The notes beneath the pieces are model-generated. The model was not told the DNA's origin. It saw only the letters and a list, made by a program, of their open reading frames with translations, and did no database searches. From Squalus acanthias (taxonomy: Eukaryota), in NCBI GenBank assembly GCA_030390025.1, contig CM059433.1, forward strand, positions 28,770,001-28,834,000: 64,000 bases of DNA. The letters run 5' to 3'. Position numbers and translations under genes: made by a program. This document shows, one piece after another, positions 1 to 12,230 of the stretch (its first letter is position 1; every line of letters begins with the position of its first letter).

Positions 1-105
1 CAGCCTCTGCACGCTTCCCATCACATAACAGCCTCTGCACGCTTCACGTAACAGCCTCTCCATGCTTCACGTAACAGACTGTGCACGCTTCCCATCACAT
101 TTCAA
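1..105. repeat. Short degenerate tandem repeat (CAGCCTCTGCACGCTTC...), truncated by the window edge
   Basis: About four imperfect 23-29 bp units. Confidence 0.7.
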
Positions 106-477
106 GCCTCACGATCTGCCATTGCACTTTGTTGACTGGCGCAAATTCTACCATCAAAGAAAGATGGCAAAGTAATCAAATCGCCCAAATCACTGTTTTG
201 AAAAACTTTCGATCACCATTTTTTATTGTCCGTAGCCTACCAAATATGCACTTGGAATAAAAACATCTTAAAAATTACATATTCCACAATAACGTGATTA
301 AACTCACCTATAAACGTTCTTAAAGTGTCTCTGAGTAGCTTCAGTAACATTTTTATTTGAAGGCCACAGACTTTCTCAAAAGCCAAGGCTTGAAATTTGC
401 ATCTCGATGCAGAGTTATCACTGTGCTGCTTCAGGGAGATGATGCCTTGGGAAACCTGAAGCCACTAACTCTGGGTC

Positions 478-2222
478 TGTCACAAACTCCGTAATTGCTC
501 CCACTGATCCCCCTCTCTGGCCCCGTCACAAACTTCGTACCGTTCCCACTGATCCCCCTCTCTGGCCCCGTCACAAACTCCGTACCGTTCCCACTGATCC
601 CCCTCTCTGGGTCCGTCACAAACTCTGTACCGTTCCCACTGATCCCCCTCTCTGGCCCCGTCACAAACTTCGTACCATTCCCACTGATCCCCCTCTCTGG
701 CCCCGTCACAAACTTCGTACCATTCCCACTGATCCCCCTCTCTGGCCCCGTCACAAACTCCGTACCATTCCCACTGATCCCCCTCTCTGGCCCCGTCACA
801 AACTCCGTACCATTCCCACTGATCCCCCTCTCTGGCCCTGTCACAAACTCCGTACCATTCCCACTGATCCCCCTCTTTGGCCTCGTCACAAACTCTGTAC
901 CGCTCCCACTGATCCCCCTCTCTGGGTCTGTCACAAACTCCGTACCGTTCCCACTGATCCCCCTCTCTGGTCCCGTCACAAACTCCGTACCGTTCCCACT
1001 GATCCCCCTCTCTGGGTCCGTCACAAACTCTGTACCGTTCCCACTGATCCCCCTCTCTGGGTCCGTCACAAACTCCGTACCATTCCCACTGATCCCCCTC
1101 TCTGGCCCTGTCACAAACTCCGTACCATTCCCACTGATCCCCCTCTCTGGCCCTGTCACAAACTCCGTACCATTCCCACTGATCCCCCTCTCTGGTCCTG
1201 TCACAAACTCCGTACCATTCCCACTGATCCCCCTCTTTGGCCCTGTCACAAACTCCGTACCATTCCCACTGATCCCCCTCTCTGGCCCTGTCACAAACTC
1301 CGTACCATTCCCACTGATCCCCCTCTCTGGTCCTGTCACAAACTCCGTACCATTCCCACTGATCCCCCTCTCTGGTCCTGTCACAAACTCCGTACCATTC
1401 CCACTGATCCCCCTCTCTGGCCCTGTCACAAACTCCGTACCATTCCCACTGATCCCCCTCTCTGGTCCTGTCACAAACTCCGTACCATTCCCACTGATCC
1501 CCCTCTCTAGGTCCGTCACAAACTCCGTACCATTCCCACTGATCCCCCTCTCTGGGTCCGTCACAAACTCCGTACCGCTCCCACTGATCCCCCTCTCTGG
1601 GTCCGTCACAAACTCCGTACCATTCCCACTGATCCCTCTCTCTGGCCCTGTCACAAACTCCGTACCATTCCCACTGATCCCCCTCTCTGGTCCTGTCACA
1701 AACTCCGTACCATTCCCACTGATCCCCCTCTCTGGTCCTGTCACAAACTCCGTACCATTCCCACTGATCCCCCTCTCTAGGTCCGTCACAAACTCCGTAC
1801 CATTCCCACTGATCCCCCTCTCTGGTCCCGTCACAAACTCCGTACCATTCCTACTGATCCCCCTCTCTAGGTCCGTCACAAACTCCGTACCGCTCCCACT
1901 GATCCCCCTCTCTGGCCCTGTCACAAACTCCGTACCATTCCCACTGATCCCCCTCTCTGGCCCTGTCACAAACTCCGTACCACTCCCACAGATCCCCCTC
2001 TCTGGGTCCGTCACAAACTCCGTACCATTCCCACTGATCCCCCTCTCTGGGTCCGTCACAAACTCCGTACCGCTCCCACTGATCCCCCTCTCTAGGTCCG
2101 TCACAAACTCTGTACCATTCCCACTGATCCCCCTCTCTGGGTCCGTCACAAACTCTGTACCATTCCCACTGATCCCCCTCTCTGGGTCAGCCACAAACTC
2201 CGTACCGCTCCCACTGATCCCC
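478..2222. repeat. 45-bp minisatellite, about 39 copies (GTCACAAACTCCGTACCATTCCCACTGATCCCCCTCTCTGGCCCT)
   Basis: Near-perfect tandem units are directly visible. They explain the 597-aa and 590-aa ORFs with 15-aa periodicity on both strands. Confidence 0.97.
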
Positions 2223-2589
2223 ACGCACTTGTCACTCGCAAACTCGCCTATTCCAATGTTCTCCTGAGCAGCCTGTGCGGGAGCTCCGGATTGCTACACG
2301 GCTTAGGGGGAACGTTGGTTGTCAATGGTTTCTCCCAAAAGGCCGCCACCTTCAGACTGGAGAGGGTGTTGATAAAATGGATGAACCACTTGTGTCGGAG
2401 AAATCATATAGTATACAAGTGTTGCCTGCAGCTACCACTGAATACACGCCACACAAAGCTAATAGCCAATACAATTAGCATTTTTTGATTAAATTATGTT
2501 TTCTATGGGCCACTTAGTCTCACTGGCCAATTGGATAATTAACATAATCGTTCTGTGATGTGTGCTTATTCCCTGTATAATAAATAGAC

Positions 2590-2756
2590 ATGATGCGGAG
2601 ATGCCGGTGTTGGACTGGGGTGGACAAAATTCAGAGGTCGCACAACACCAGGTTATAGTCCAACAGTTTTATTTGAAATCACAAGCTTTCGGAGCTATCG
2701 ATCGCCCCTTCCTCAGGTGAAGTAGTAAAGAAACTATAACCTGGTGTTGTGCGACC
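2590..2756 (-). mobile_element. Penelope-like element remnant (pseudo-LTR with partial inverted copy)
   Basis: Perfect 12-bp TSD TAATAAATAGAC (2578-2589 / 2757-2768). Internal inverted repeat GGTCGCACAACACCAGGTTATAGT / ACTATAACCTGGTGTTGTGCGACC. Homologous to the 3' end of the Penelope copy at 58569-58962. Confidence 0.88.
2678..2720 (-). ncRNA. Minimal type-I hammerhead ribozyme motif in Penelope pseudo-LTR
   Basis: Minus strand reads UCAC-CUGAGGA-A-GGGGC-gaucgaua-GCUCC-GAA-AGCU-U-GUGA. Core CUGAnGA/GAAA/UH, stem I UCAC/GUGA, stem II GGGGC/GCUCC, palindromic AGCU in place of stem III. Confidence 0.8.
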
Positions 2757-3339
2757 TAATAAATAGACGCCATAGCATCCCCATGCATCAGTCAGTAAAA
2801 TGACTCCCAGTGTGGCTGCCGATGGAATCCTAGGGGATAATATCACAGATTGTCAAGTCGTGTGACACACAGAATGGTAAAGAATCTCGACAGGTTACTT
2901 GTGTCCCAAGGCACTGAGGTATCTCAAAGTGCAGGCACTAACACACAAGCAGTTTTTGAAGGGTGATTCAGCAATCCCACATTTTTGGCGGGGGAGTTGT
3001 ACTAGTAGAGATCACGGAGCTGATTGTAACTTAACCCACCTGTCTGGTAACTGACCGGACCGGCCCAACGCTGGTTTGACACCCTGCCCGATTTTATGCT
3101 CTGTTGGAGTCACCCAGTGGTGGAAAGCTTTGGAAACCAGAGGTCCAAAGTCACCTGTTCCTCCCAACCATGTTACACTCACCACATGTCATGTCTCAAA
3201 GTACACATATACTGCGTCCCAAACGGTTCAGTCTGTGAGTAAACTAAAGTAGAAAATCAATAATCGACCACAGAATTTAAGGTTCAAAGTTGGATTTTCC
3301 TTCAAAAAATTTGTAAATTTACAGCCAAAAAAAAGGGCA

Positions 3340-3715
3340 GTTCTTTTGGAATACAACAAGTGGTACTTGGGTTTTGAGAAGGCACAAGTGATAACTGGAA
3401 GTGGAGTAATAATTTACATGATAGTGAAGTGAGAAATCCTAGAGAGATATAGTTAGAACGTAACAGAGTATTCAGGGTAGGATCCTGAGGAGGCATAAAG
3501 CAAAACTGGCAGTGCAGTAATAATTTCCATAGTCACAAAGTGAAACATGTTGGACAGAAATGTTTACAAAATAACAAGCTACTCATGGATGAGCTTCTGA
3601 GAAGATACAACTCATAACTGGAAGTGGAGTTAATACTCTATGATAGGAAAGTGAAAGATTTTGGATAAAGATGTTTTGTAATACAACTGACTATTTTGGG
3701 CTCTATGAAGACAAT
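3340..3715. repeat. Old degenerate tandem repeat, period about 111-112 bp, about 3.3 copies
   Basis: AACTGG(A/C)AGTG(G/C)AGT(A/T)A recurs at 3393, 3504 and 3616 with similar flanking sequence. Confidence 0.65.
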
Positions 3716-3724
3716 TTATACACA

Positions 3725-4740
3725 GTTAACAGAATGGGCATACAGGTGATATATGCAATATTATGTGGATAAGTGTGAGGTAGTACATTTTGGGAGATGT
3801 ACTACCTCACACTTATAGACTATGGGGTTCAAATACTGAATTCCTGGAAAGTCCCACAGCAGGTAGATAAAGACCAATAGAATTATTTGTTTTGTAAATA
3901 GGGGCACAGAGTATTAGAATAAAATAGTAATGATGCATTGGTTAGGCCTTAGTTAGAGTACTTTATACAGCTTTGGGTGCCCCATTATAGAGAGGGCATT
4001 AAAGCTATGGAGAGTGTAAAATATAGATTCACTGGGATAATGCCAGGGATGGGAAACTATAGTAATGAGAAGATACTTGAGACAGTGAGACTAGATGAAC
4101 CCACAACCTTCTGACTCAGAGGTGAGAATGCTATCGTGGCTCAGAAGGTTGTGGTTTGAAGTCCCACTCTAGAGACTTGAGCACACAATCTAGGCTGACA
4201 CTCCAGTGCAGTACTGAGGGAGCGCTGCACTGTCAGAGGTGCCGGCTTTAGGATGAGACGTTAAACCAAGGCCCTGTCTGCTCTCTCAGGTGGACGTAAA
4301 AGATCCTATGGCACTGTTCGAAGAAGAGCAGGAGAGTTCTCCCTGGTGTCCTGGTCAATATTAATCCCTCAACCAACACTGAAAAACAGATTATCTGGTC
4401 ATTGCCACATTGCTGTTGGTGGGAGCTTGCTGTGCGCAAATTGGCTGCCGTGTTTCCTACATTACAATAGTGATTACACTTCAAAAGTACTTCATTGGCT
4501 GTAAAGCACTTTGGGACGTCCTGAGGTCGTGAAAGGCGCTGTATAAAGTATAAGTTCTTTCTATTTCCGCTCGAGCAGAGAAGGCTAAGAGGAGATTTAA
4601 TTCAGGTTTATAAAATTATGAAGAGTTTTGGTAGCATGAATAGAGAAAGACTTTATCCTTTGGTTGGGGAGTCGGGGGTTATCAAGTTAAAATGAGGAGA
4701 GCTTTCTTAATACAGAGGTTTGTTGGACCATTTGCAGGCT
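3725..4740 (+). mobile_element. Degenerate CR1 LINE 3' fragment, interrupted by a SINE
   Basis: Decayed RT C-terminal motifs (DKCEVVHFG, LEY.IQLWVP, RRLRGDLIQVYKIM). Confidence 0.7.
4134..4562 (+). mobile_element. tRNA-derived Deu-domain SINE (SacSINE1-like)
   Basis: Family core GATGAGACGTTAAACC...AAAGATCC.ATGGCAC...GTGTCCTGG and L2-like tail GTGAAAGGCGCT. An inverted head fragment precedes it at about 4095-4133. Confidence 0.85.
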
Positions 4741-5068
4741 GCATTCACTTCAGTAATGGGTGATTTTATCAAAAGCATCATCATCTATCTAGAAAATGTG
4801 GAGAATCCCCTCAACCTTACAGTGGCAAAAGAGTCATTCCCTCCCAGATCAACATTATCTATAACATGGTTTTCAGTATTTGGCTTCACAGGAAGAAGTC
4901 CAAATGTAATGCTACAATAATAGAAGTTCCAGGCTACCTCATTCCTCCTGAGGTCTAAAGACAGACTCGAGGAAGAGCTCTCCAAGTTATTAATTCCAAG
5001 ACTCCTGTTTCTGTGCAGGAAATACTCAGCAGTTTTAGATCAAGCATGGTCTGTAAGTGTACTCGATG

Positions 5069-6371
5069 TGTAAGGTTTCCAAAATTTGCAGATCCCCAAA
5101 ACCTAAGGAAAAAGGACTTTGGAACTACCTCAGAGTGATAAAAATGCATTTGGGCCTAACATAAGGAATTTAAGACCAAAAACCAAGTTTTGGCATTTTA
5201 AAAACATGTCTGGGCCTGTAAAGGGAGAAAAGGCTGCGAAAGAAGGTGGGTACAACCTCTGCAAAAGCAGTTTTGGGTATTGCAGTTAATTGCATTGTCT
5301 GGGGAATCAGGATGACCTCACTCAAGCCCCAGCAAGCATTAACATTTTGACAATAGACCCTAGGAGGTGACAGTCCCACCCAAAACAACAGGTCCCATCA
5401 AACCGATTACAGAACCCATTAAAGACATGCATAAAGCAAATATTCGATCGAAGTCCTAGGCCCAGTCCGATTAAACAACAGATCGACAGGATGGAGCTAT
5501 CCTGAAACCACTTCACACATTTACAAAACCAGTTAACATGCTAGTAAAGTCGTTACTGTTAACGAGGTCTTACAATGACCGGGATTTGATTTGGTTTTGA
5601 TAAGGCCACTTCAGTTTAGTATAATTGAAGGCCCATCAAGCAGTTCAGGAGTAACAACAGTTCAAGTTCAACAGAAGGTAGTTCGGCAGTTTTGGAGTTC
5701 AATTTGAAAGCCTGTTTTTCAGCAGAAGTCAGTGCTGGAATTACAGAGTTCAGGAGAAGCAAGTTGGGCAGTTAAAGAAGATAATTCAGTAAGAAGGGAG
5801 TTCTCCAGTAAAACAGTTCAAGTTCAACAAGCAGGCAGAAGGCAGTTTCCACAGTTCTGCAAGAAGGCAGTTCCACAGCTCGGAACAAGACAGTTTAAAC
5901 AGAAAGCAGTTCAACAAAGAAAGCCAACAGCTCCAGAAGTAGGCCGACACGCAAGAAGAGACCAGAGCGACCGCCTCAGTGACCATCGGACACCTCGCGG
6001 CAACAAGGGCCTTACGAAACCTTTTACTCAAAAGACTCTAAACCCTAACTCTCAACTGTCAAGGATTCGTTTGGTGAGCATTATCCCTGGTTCTCCAGAG
6101 TCCAACCTAGCTAGTGAAGTGGGATTGGGAGGGGTGAAGTATTCTTCTAATGTTATTTCCCTTGCGTGTACCGAAGTGTTCCCCACTTTTAGAGTGTTAA
6201 GAGTGTTTGTGTTGTGTTTTACTTTCTCGAATAAAGATCGAAATTCTTTCATCAAAACCTGTTGTCTACTGCACCTTTGTTCACGACCCCCAAATAAGTC
6301 CAAGGTCTAGAACCAGGGGAGTGGGAGCGATTCGAACCGCTCACTGAGTCAGAGGTGAAGCTGACCCTACA
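5069..6371 (+). mobile_element. Solo LTR (about 1.3 kb) of an LTR retroelement or ERV
   Basis: Termini TGTAAGG...CCCTACA (imperfect inverted, TG..CA). 4-bp TSD GATG/GACG with one CpG-type mismatch. AATAAA at about 6230. Internal short repeats (CAGTTCAAGTTCAACA). Confidence 0.7.
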
Positions 6372-7534
6372 GACGCTGCCACGAATATGAGATGTTGAGG
6401 GGAGAAAACATGGATGGACAGAATGCTGAACAATCTACACCAACATATCTGTACTCTTGTGGGTGATAGCAACAAACTTGGTGCAAAGAACTACAATAGA
6501 GTGCTTAGCTGTTTCATCGTTCTCGGGCAGATTCGCTGATCAGATTGAACAACAACTTGCATTTATATTGCGCCTTTCACGTAATAAAACGCCCAAAGGT
6601 GCTTTCTCCTTTTTAAAGTATTTATCCAGTTCCCTTTTGAAAGTTACTATTGAATCTGTTTCCACCGCCCTTTCAGGGAGCGCATTTCACATCACAACTC
6701 GCTGCGTAAAAAAATTTCTCCTCATCTCCCCCCTGGTTCTTTTGCCAATCACCTTAAATCTGTGTCCTCTCTTACTGACCCTTCTGCCAGTGGAAACAGT
6801 TTCTCCTTATTTCATCATTGGCAACGACAATTATAAGCTGTCTGCTTTTAATTTTAGTTCTGGCAATGTTCTTAATTGCAGTTTTCACTGACTAGTATAC
6901 CTGTTGCATTCAATTATTAATATTACTTTTGATAGTATCAGCTTAATTCCCAAAAAATAACTCACCCAAAACATCGGGGTCCGTTTGACAAATTAGCGCT
7001 CTCGATAAGGAGCTTTCTCAGCTGGAAGGCACAATCAGAATATCAGCAGTGGGGATTCGGGTCCCCAATTTGCAGCCTGACTGAAAATGAAGGGACAGGC
7101 AAATTGTGCAAGGCTGCGAAAGATGTGCACTAACCTTCTGACCTAAAGCCCTGTGCTGGGATTGGGAATACGTAAAATCTACCCTACGATGAATTGATTC
7201 AACTTCTACCTTTTGGGGATCTTGCGTACTTTAAATAACTGGACAAAAAATGACAGTTTTATAAAAAAAAAAATTATGATTTTTGCCAGTCTGAGGTGTA
7301 GGTCAATGCATTCCAATCCCTGCTTTAGAATCCATACATGGAGGGTATAATTCTTCTGTGTGTTAAGATGAGTGCAATGTAACGTGGAGTAATATTAATA
7401 AAAAGGGTGCTAACATTTGCTCAGATACCTAAAATTTCTCTTGCGGGTAAACAGGTGTAATTCTTATTAATTTACTGACCAGCTATTCACAGTTTTCTTT
7501 TTTGCTTATTATGGGCTTCCTGAGCAGCCCAAGA

Positions 7535-8007
7535 GTGTTCGTCATGGCTCAGTGGGTAGCACTCTCGCCTCTGAGTCAGAAGGTTGTGGGTTCAAGTTCC
7601 ATTCCAAAGACTTGAGCACAAAATCCAGACTGACACTCCAGTGCAGTGCTGAGGGAGCGCTGCACTCTCAGAGGTGCCGTCTTTCAGATGAGACGTTACA
7701 CTGAGGCCCCGTCTGCCCTCTCAGGTGGATGTAAAAGATCCCATGGCACTATTTCGAAGAAGAGCAGGGGCGTTTTCCCTGGTGTCCAGGCCAATATTTA
7801 TCCCTCAATCAACATCACTACAAAACAGATTATCTGGTCATTATCTCGTTGCTGTTTGTGGGAGCTTGCTGTGCGCAAATTGGCTGCCACCTTGCCTACA
7901 TTACAACAGTGACTACTCTTCAAAAAGTACTTCATTGGCTGTAAAGCGCTTTGGGTCGGCCTGAGGATGTGAAAGGTGCTACATAAATGCAAGTCTTTCT
8001 TTCTTTC
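7535..8007 (+). mobile_element. Full-length SacSINE1-like SINE
   Basis: A box TGGCTCAGTGGGTAGC, B box GGTTCAAGTTCC, Deu-like core, tail GTGAAAGGTGCTACATAAATGCAAGTCTTTCTT. Confidence 0.9.
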
Positions 8008-8364
8008 CATATAGTAGCAGGAAATGGCAGCAGGTTGATGCTCACTGCTGTACTAGACATGCTTGTGTCTACGTTGTATTCAGCGCTGAGATACAGCAGC
8101 AGACACTGCTCTATGCTTCTGCTCCTCCATCTCCTATGAGAGTGTGACATTCCGAGGTTACATCATATCATCAACTGAACCAGTGTGGTTATTCGAAGTG
8201 TTCAGCAATAGAAAAGGATGCCATTCCAGAGGACAAGAGCAGCAAGATCAGAGGAACACCATCACCTCTTAAGTTCCCCTCCAAGTCATGCACCATCCCT
8301 GTTTTTTCAAAGGATTCTCTCTGCCTTTCTCTTTCTCTGCCTTCTATCTCTGTCTGTGTATGTC

Positions 8365-8640
8365 ATAGAATACCATTCGTCCCATCAAGCTCATGCCGGC
8401 TCTTTGCACGAGCACTTCAGCTAGTCCCACTCCCCCGCCCTTTCCCCGTAGCCCTGCAAATTTTTTTCCTTCAGGTACTTATCCAACTCCCTTTTGAAAG
8501 CCGTGATAGAGTCTGTCTCCACCACCCTTTCATGCAGTACATTCCAGATCTTAACCACTCACTGTGTAAAAAAGTTTTTCCTCATGTCGCCTTTGGTTCT
8601 TCTGCCAATCACCTTAAATCTGTGTCCTCTGCTTCTTGAG
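8365..8640 (-). mobile_element. CR1 LINE 3' end
   Basis: Same tail as 10533-11265 (CCCTTTCCCCGTAGCCCTGCAAA). Confidence 0.8.
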
Positions 8641-8664
8641 TAGCCCCAACCATTTCCCTCATCC

Positions 8665-8960
8665 TGATATACAGTAAGATACACGTGACAAGTAAGAACA
8701 TCATCGAGCAGTCACTAGGCTGCTGAAGCAACGGTGCGCGGGCGGAGAGTGGGGGAAGGTGGGGGGAGGTGTTTCGGCCACACTGGGACTGCTCTATAAT
8801 GAGAGAGTTGGCAGATGGCAATGGTGTGCTGCATGCTGTACAATGAAGTTGTAGAAAAAGGAAGGCGTCAATTTGTGGAAGGTGAGCCACAGGAACCCAT
8901 GGCACAGGAGCAGGTGGTGGATGATGCCAAGGAGGTAGCAGCAGCCACTGCAGGAAGAGG
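8665..8960 (+). pseudogene. Decayed PIF/Harbinger transposase C-terminal fragment
   Basis: Frameshifted SKIHVTSKNIIEQSLG/LLKQR...VCCMLYN followed by an acidic stretch. Resembles Harbinger DDE C-terminal motifs (H...R..IE..FG.LK.RF; CC.LHN). Confidence 0.65.
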
Positions 8961-9204
8961 CATTGGCTTGTGTGTGTTATTGGATATTCCTTTTTTATTA
9001 AACAATCATTCCGTATTAGCACTGTTTTTGCAGAGACCATTCATTGTGAAAGGAAACATTGATGTGCAGCTTAATGTAATATCTTGCATCTCTATAATGA
9101 AGGTGTAGTGTGTATTTAACATGATACACTGCTGTGCTTTCCCCTTGTAGTACATGAACTAGTGTCAAGTTATTTCTACTCTACTACCCCGATGTGATGA
9201 ACTA

Positions 9205-9635
9205 AAGAAGAAAGAAAAAAAGGCAGTCTTGCAGTTATATTGCACCGTTCGCATCCTCAGGATGTCCCACAGCGATTCACATTTGGCACATTGTCACTAT
9301 TGCTACGAAGGCAAGCATAGTAGTCAAAACTGCGCACAGCAGGATCCCACAAGCAGCAATGAGATGATGACGAGCCGATCTGTTTTGGTGGTGTTGGTTG
9401 AGGCAGGAATGTTGGGCAGGAGATCTTTATAAGAGCTCTGGGATCTTTCACATCTACCTGAACAGGCGTTTAACATTTCATCGAAATGACAGCACCTCTG
9501 ACAGTGCAGTACTGCCACAGCACTGCGCTGGGATTTTCGGCCGAGATCACACGCTCAAACACTGAAGCGGGGCTTCAACTTGTATCCTGCTGACTTGGGG
9601 GGGTGAGCGTGCCACCAACTGAGACAGGCTGACTA
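9205..9635 (-). mobile_element. Diverged SacSINE1-like SINE
   Basis: Reverse-complement similarity to the 7535-8007 copy. Confidence 0.75.
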
Positions 9636-9899
9636 TTGGAAGGAGCAGGTGTGGATGCCCCCTGAAAGGTCTGCTGAGGATTCAGCTGGCTTGTTCTCTT
9701 GACATGTGTCAGACTCAAGTGACTAGCAGGCTATGCCAGGAATAGCTGTGTCCCATCCAAGCCTTCTCCCGTCTCTTATCCAGAGGCAGCTGCAGACTGC
9801 AATATCTTGAGAGCCACCTGCCAGTGCCAATACTACTCAACGCATGTTGTTGTTTTTGGCTGATACCACAGACCAGCAATCTCTGTGAATAGTAAAGAT

Positions 9900-10435
9900 A
9901 GCAACAGGAGTCGGCCATTCAGCCCCGCAAGCCTGTTCCACCATTCAATTAGATCATGGCTGATCTGTATCTTAACTCCATCTACCCGCCTTGGTTCCGT
10001 AACCCTTAATACCCTTGCCTAACAAAATCTATCAATCTCAGTTTTAACATTTTCAATTGACCCACAGCCTCAACAGCTTTTTTGGGGGAGCGAGTTCCAG
10101 ATTTCCACTCCCCTTTTGTGTGAGGAAGTGCTTCCTGAGATCACCCCTGAACGACCTAGCTCGAATTTTAAGGTTGTGCCCCCTTGTTCTGGACTCCCCC
10201 ACCAGAGGAAATAGTTTCTCTCTATCTACCCCATCAAATCCATTAATCAGCTTCAACACCTCAATTAGATCACCCCTTAATCTTCTATACTTACGGGAAT
10301 AATCTGTGCAACCTGTCTGCATAATTTAACCCTTTTCGCCCAGGTATCGTTCTGGTGAATCTGCTCTGTACCCCCTCCAAAGACCATATATCCTTCCTGA
10401 GGTGTGGTTCCCAGAACTGAACACAATACTCCAGT
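9900..10435 (-). mobile_element. CR1 LINE 3' fragment
   Basis: ORFs [16 protein letters not shown] and RRLRGDLIEVLKLINGFDGVDREKLFPLVGESRTRGH, plus 3' UTR. Confidence 0.9.
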
Positions 10436-10532
10436 AACTGCTGCACTATTACAACGATTGTGCTTCCAAACAAGTCAGAACCTGCTTCCTTTCACCTTTG
10501 ATAAGGGACCTCATGACTATTAGCGGGACCAT

Positions 10533-11265
10533 ATCATAGAATTACAGAATGGTTACAGCGCGGAAGGCGGCCATTCGGCCCATCGAGCTCGTGCCGGCTC
10601 TCTGCAAGAGCACTTCAGCTAGTCCCACACCCCCGCCCTTTCCCCGTAGCCCTGCAAATTTCTTTCCTTCATATACTTATCCAACTCCCTTTTGAAAACT
10701 GTGATTGAATCTGCCTCCACCACCCTTTCAGGCAGTGCATTCCAGATCTTAACCTCTCACTGCGTAAAAAAGTTTTTTCTTGCATTGTCTTTGGTTCTTT
10801 TGCCAATCACCTTAAATCTGTGTCCTCTGGTTCTCGACCCTTCTGCCAATGGGAACAGTTTCCCTCTATCTACTCTGTCCAGACCCCACATGATTTTGAA
10901 CACCTTTATCAAATCTCCTCTCAATCTTCTCTGCTCCAAGGAGAACAACCCCAGTTTCTCCAGTCTGTCAATGTAACTGAAGTCCCTCATTCCTGGAATC
11001 ATTCTTGTAAATCTTTTCTGCATCCTCTCTGAGGCCTTCACATCCTTCCTAAAGTGTGGTGCCCAGAATTGGACACAGTACTCCAGTTGGGGCCGAACCA
11101 GTGTTTTATACAGGTTCATCATAATCTCCACACTTTTGTACTCTATACCTCTATTCATGAAGCCCAGGATCCCGTAAGCCTTTTTAACTGTTTTCTCAAC
11201 CTGCCCTGCCACCTTCAACGATTTGTGCACACATTTCCCCAGGTCTCTCTGTTCATGCACCCCCT
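10533..11265 (-). mobile_element. CR1 LINE 3' fragment
   Basis: ORF 10757..11260 ([23 protein letters not shown]...RLRGDLIKVFKIM) plus 3' UTR. Confidence 0.93.
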
Positions 11266-12230
11266 GACCATACGTAAAGGTCAGACGTATTTCTGCTGCT
11301 CAGACAGCACTTGCTATTTTTTTGCGATGCGGAACAATCCCCTGCTTTATACCTGCTAGAACTCCTATTCGTCGGCACGGTTAAGATATGCAAGCTTAAT
11401 TGTATAAACTAACAGTAGCGTGCTAGTCTCCTCCAGCTTCTACATCACCCAGCCCTCTACAGTCTCCCTTCTTCCAACCTCCACTGTCACCTCCTCAAAG
11501 TGGGATAAACGGTTTCTGGTGCGTGCATCACCATTTGTTCCTAAGTGCTGTCTCTTGTCGGATAACACTTACTTCTGCAAGAAAGTGCAACAAAGTGCCT
11601 TGTACAGGAAGCTCTAGATAGTAAGTAGTTTAGGCTGCCATTGTGTATGGCCTGATGCAATTTCAAGTACCTTACTTGATGAATTTCTAATAGCTGACTG
11701 AGTGCTCTAGCATTGTAAAGTTGTATGTATGCACAATGATAGGCAGTCATTAATCCCTGCCACCTACATCTTTCTACTTTCCCCCTTATATACCTCCCTC
11801 TCATACTGCTAAACAATCTCGGTTTGCTACTTTAGTGTTGCGATTTCAGTAGGTTACTGGTTAAATCAGGTTAGCTCAACTAGGGGATGGTGTCCTCTGT
11901 GGACCATGTAAAACAAGATTGTAAACCCACTCTTTATTACCTAGAATTTACAGCACACAAACAGGCCATTCGGCCCAACAGGTCCATGCCAGTGTTAATG
12001 CTCCACACGAGCCCCCTCCCACCGCTCTTCATCTCACCTTATCAGCATAACCTTCTATTATTTTGTCCCTCATGTAATGATCTAACTTGCCCTTAAATGC
12101 ATCGATGCTATTCACCTCAACTACTCCTTGTGGTAGCAAGTTCCACGTTCTAACCACTTGCTGAGTAAAGAAGTTTCTCCTGAATTCCTTATTGGATTTA
12201 TTAGTGACTATCTTATACTTATGGCCCCTG

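Noticed and set aside
431..2267. 597-aa and 590-aa ORFs as protein-coding genes, or the array as a CRISPR locus
   Set aside because: Pure 45-bp tandem repeat with no unique spacers, no cas genes and a eukaryotic context. The ORFs result from the unit length.
7540..7610. tRNA genes at the SINE heads
   Set aside because: A and B boxes are present, but the sequence continues into the SINE body with no acceptor-stem closure. These are tRNA-derived SINE heads.
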